The notes beneath the pieces were generated by a model, which worked only from the letters and a program-made list of their open reading frames with translations, searched no databases and had not been told where the DNA came from. DNA of 64,000 nucleotides from Tubiluchus corallicola. Its lineage: Eukaryota; Animalia; Priapulida. Every line of letters begins with the position of its first letter. Position 1 is the stretch's first letter. A program made the translations under genes and the position numbers. This document shows positions 63,515 to 64,000 of the stretch, one piece after another. Location: positions 186,001 to 250,000 of the forward strand of contig JAQGDQ010000125.1 in assembly GCA_030141605.1 (NCBI GenBank). Direction: 5' to 3'.

Positions 63515-63831
63515 TTAATTTTTGATAGAAGTCGCTGAAAGTACAGTTATCCATCTGAAAAAATATAAAAATTTGATTAGTTTTTGTAAAAATTGTTTAT
63601 CTAACTTAGCATGGTAATGATGATGCGTTCATGTCCGATTTGTTTGGACAGCTTGCATTGTGATTAAACGGCAAAAGCATAAAAAGTTTTACCTCTCATG
63701 GCTTCCTGCCTTGTTAGTGAAAAAGCAGAAAAGGTATGGTAAACAACGTTCTGCAGCACTGACTGTGATGATAAAGTTAAGTCTGCCCTCAAGTCTGTTC
63801 TTTTTGTTTTCTCCAAAAAGCAGCAATCCAT
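63515..63831 (-). other. Possible terminal exons or remnant of a minus-strand gene extending beyond the window
   Basis: ttgtag|DGLLLFGENKKNRLEGRLNFIITVSAAERCLPYLFCFFTNKAGSHE R|gtaaaa (63831-63693), then tttttcag|RWITVLSATSIKN* (63554-63515). Phases agree; there is only a weak PH-domain-like feel. Confidence 0.25.
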
Positions 63832-64000
63832 CTACAATTAAGTTCAACATTACCAAAAATTAGTTGATATCTAGGCTGTACACTCCCTAAGTGACATTAT
63901 GATAATACTAACGATTAATGATTTAATTATCAAGTTTATTAAATTAATTAATTAATTATCCTTGAAAACTCTTCAAAAAGAGCCTATTACCACATGTGCA

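Overview
AT-rich eukaryotic genomic DNA, apparently from an invertebrate animal, with spliceosomal GT-AG introns. It holds three well-supported genes. (1) A ~26-exon TDRD7/Tapas-like germ-granule gene (+, 11745-34051; eLOTUS, dsRBD-like, LOTUS, 3 Tudor). (2) A convergent ~21-exon gamma-tubulin complex component 5 gene (TUBGCP5, -, 52665-35388). (3) A divergent eIF2-alpha kinase GCN2/EIF2AK4 gene (+, 56927-60880). The GCN2 gene is the most unusual element: its CDS is a single exon, it lacks the pseudokinase domain, it has candidate 5'-UTR introns and uORFs, and a hairpin cluster follows the stop codon. Introns and intergenic DNA contain many MITEs (hAT-like with 8-bp TSDs, Tc1/pogo-like with TA TSDs), a decayed CRE-like non-LTR retrotransposon with a nested MITE, CR1/L2 LINE remnants, and mini/microsatellites. 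Exon boundaries were assembled by eye; family assignments come from recalled motifs, not database searches. Most short ORFs in the supplied track are spurious or are exon fragments.
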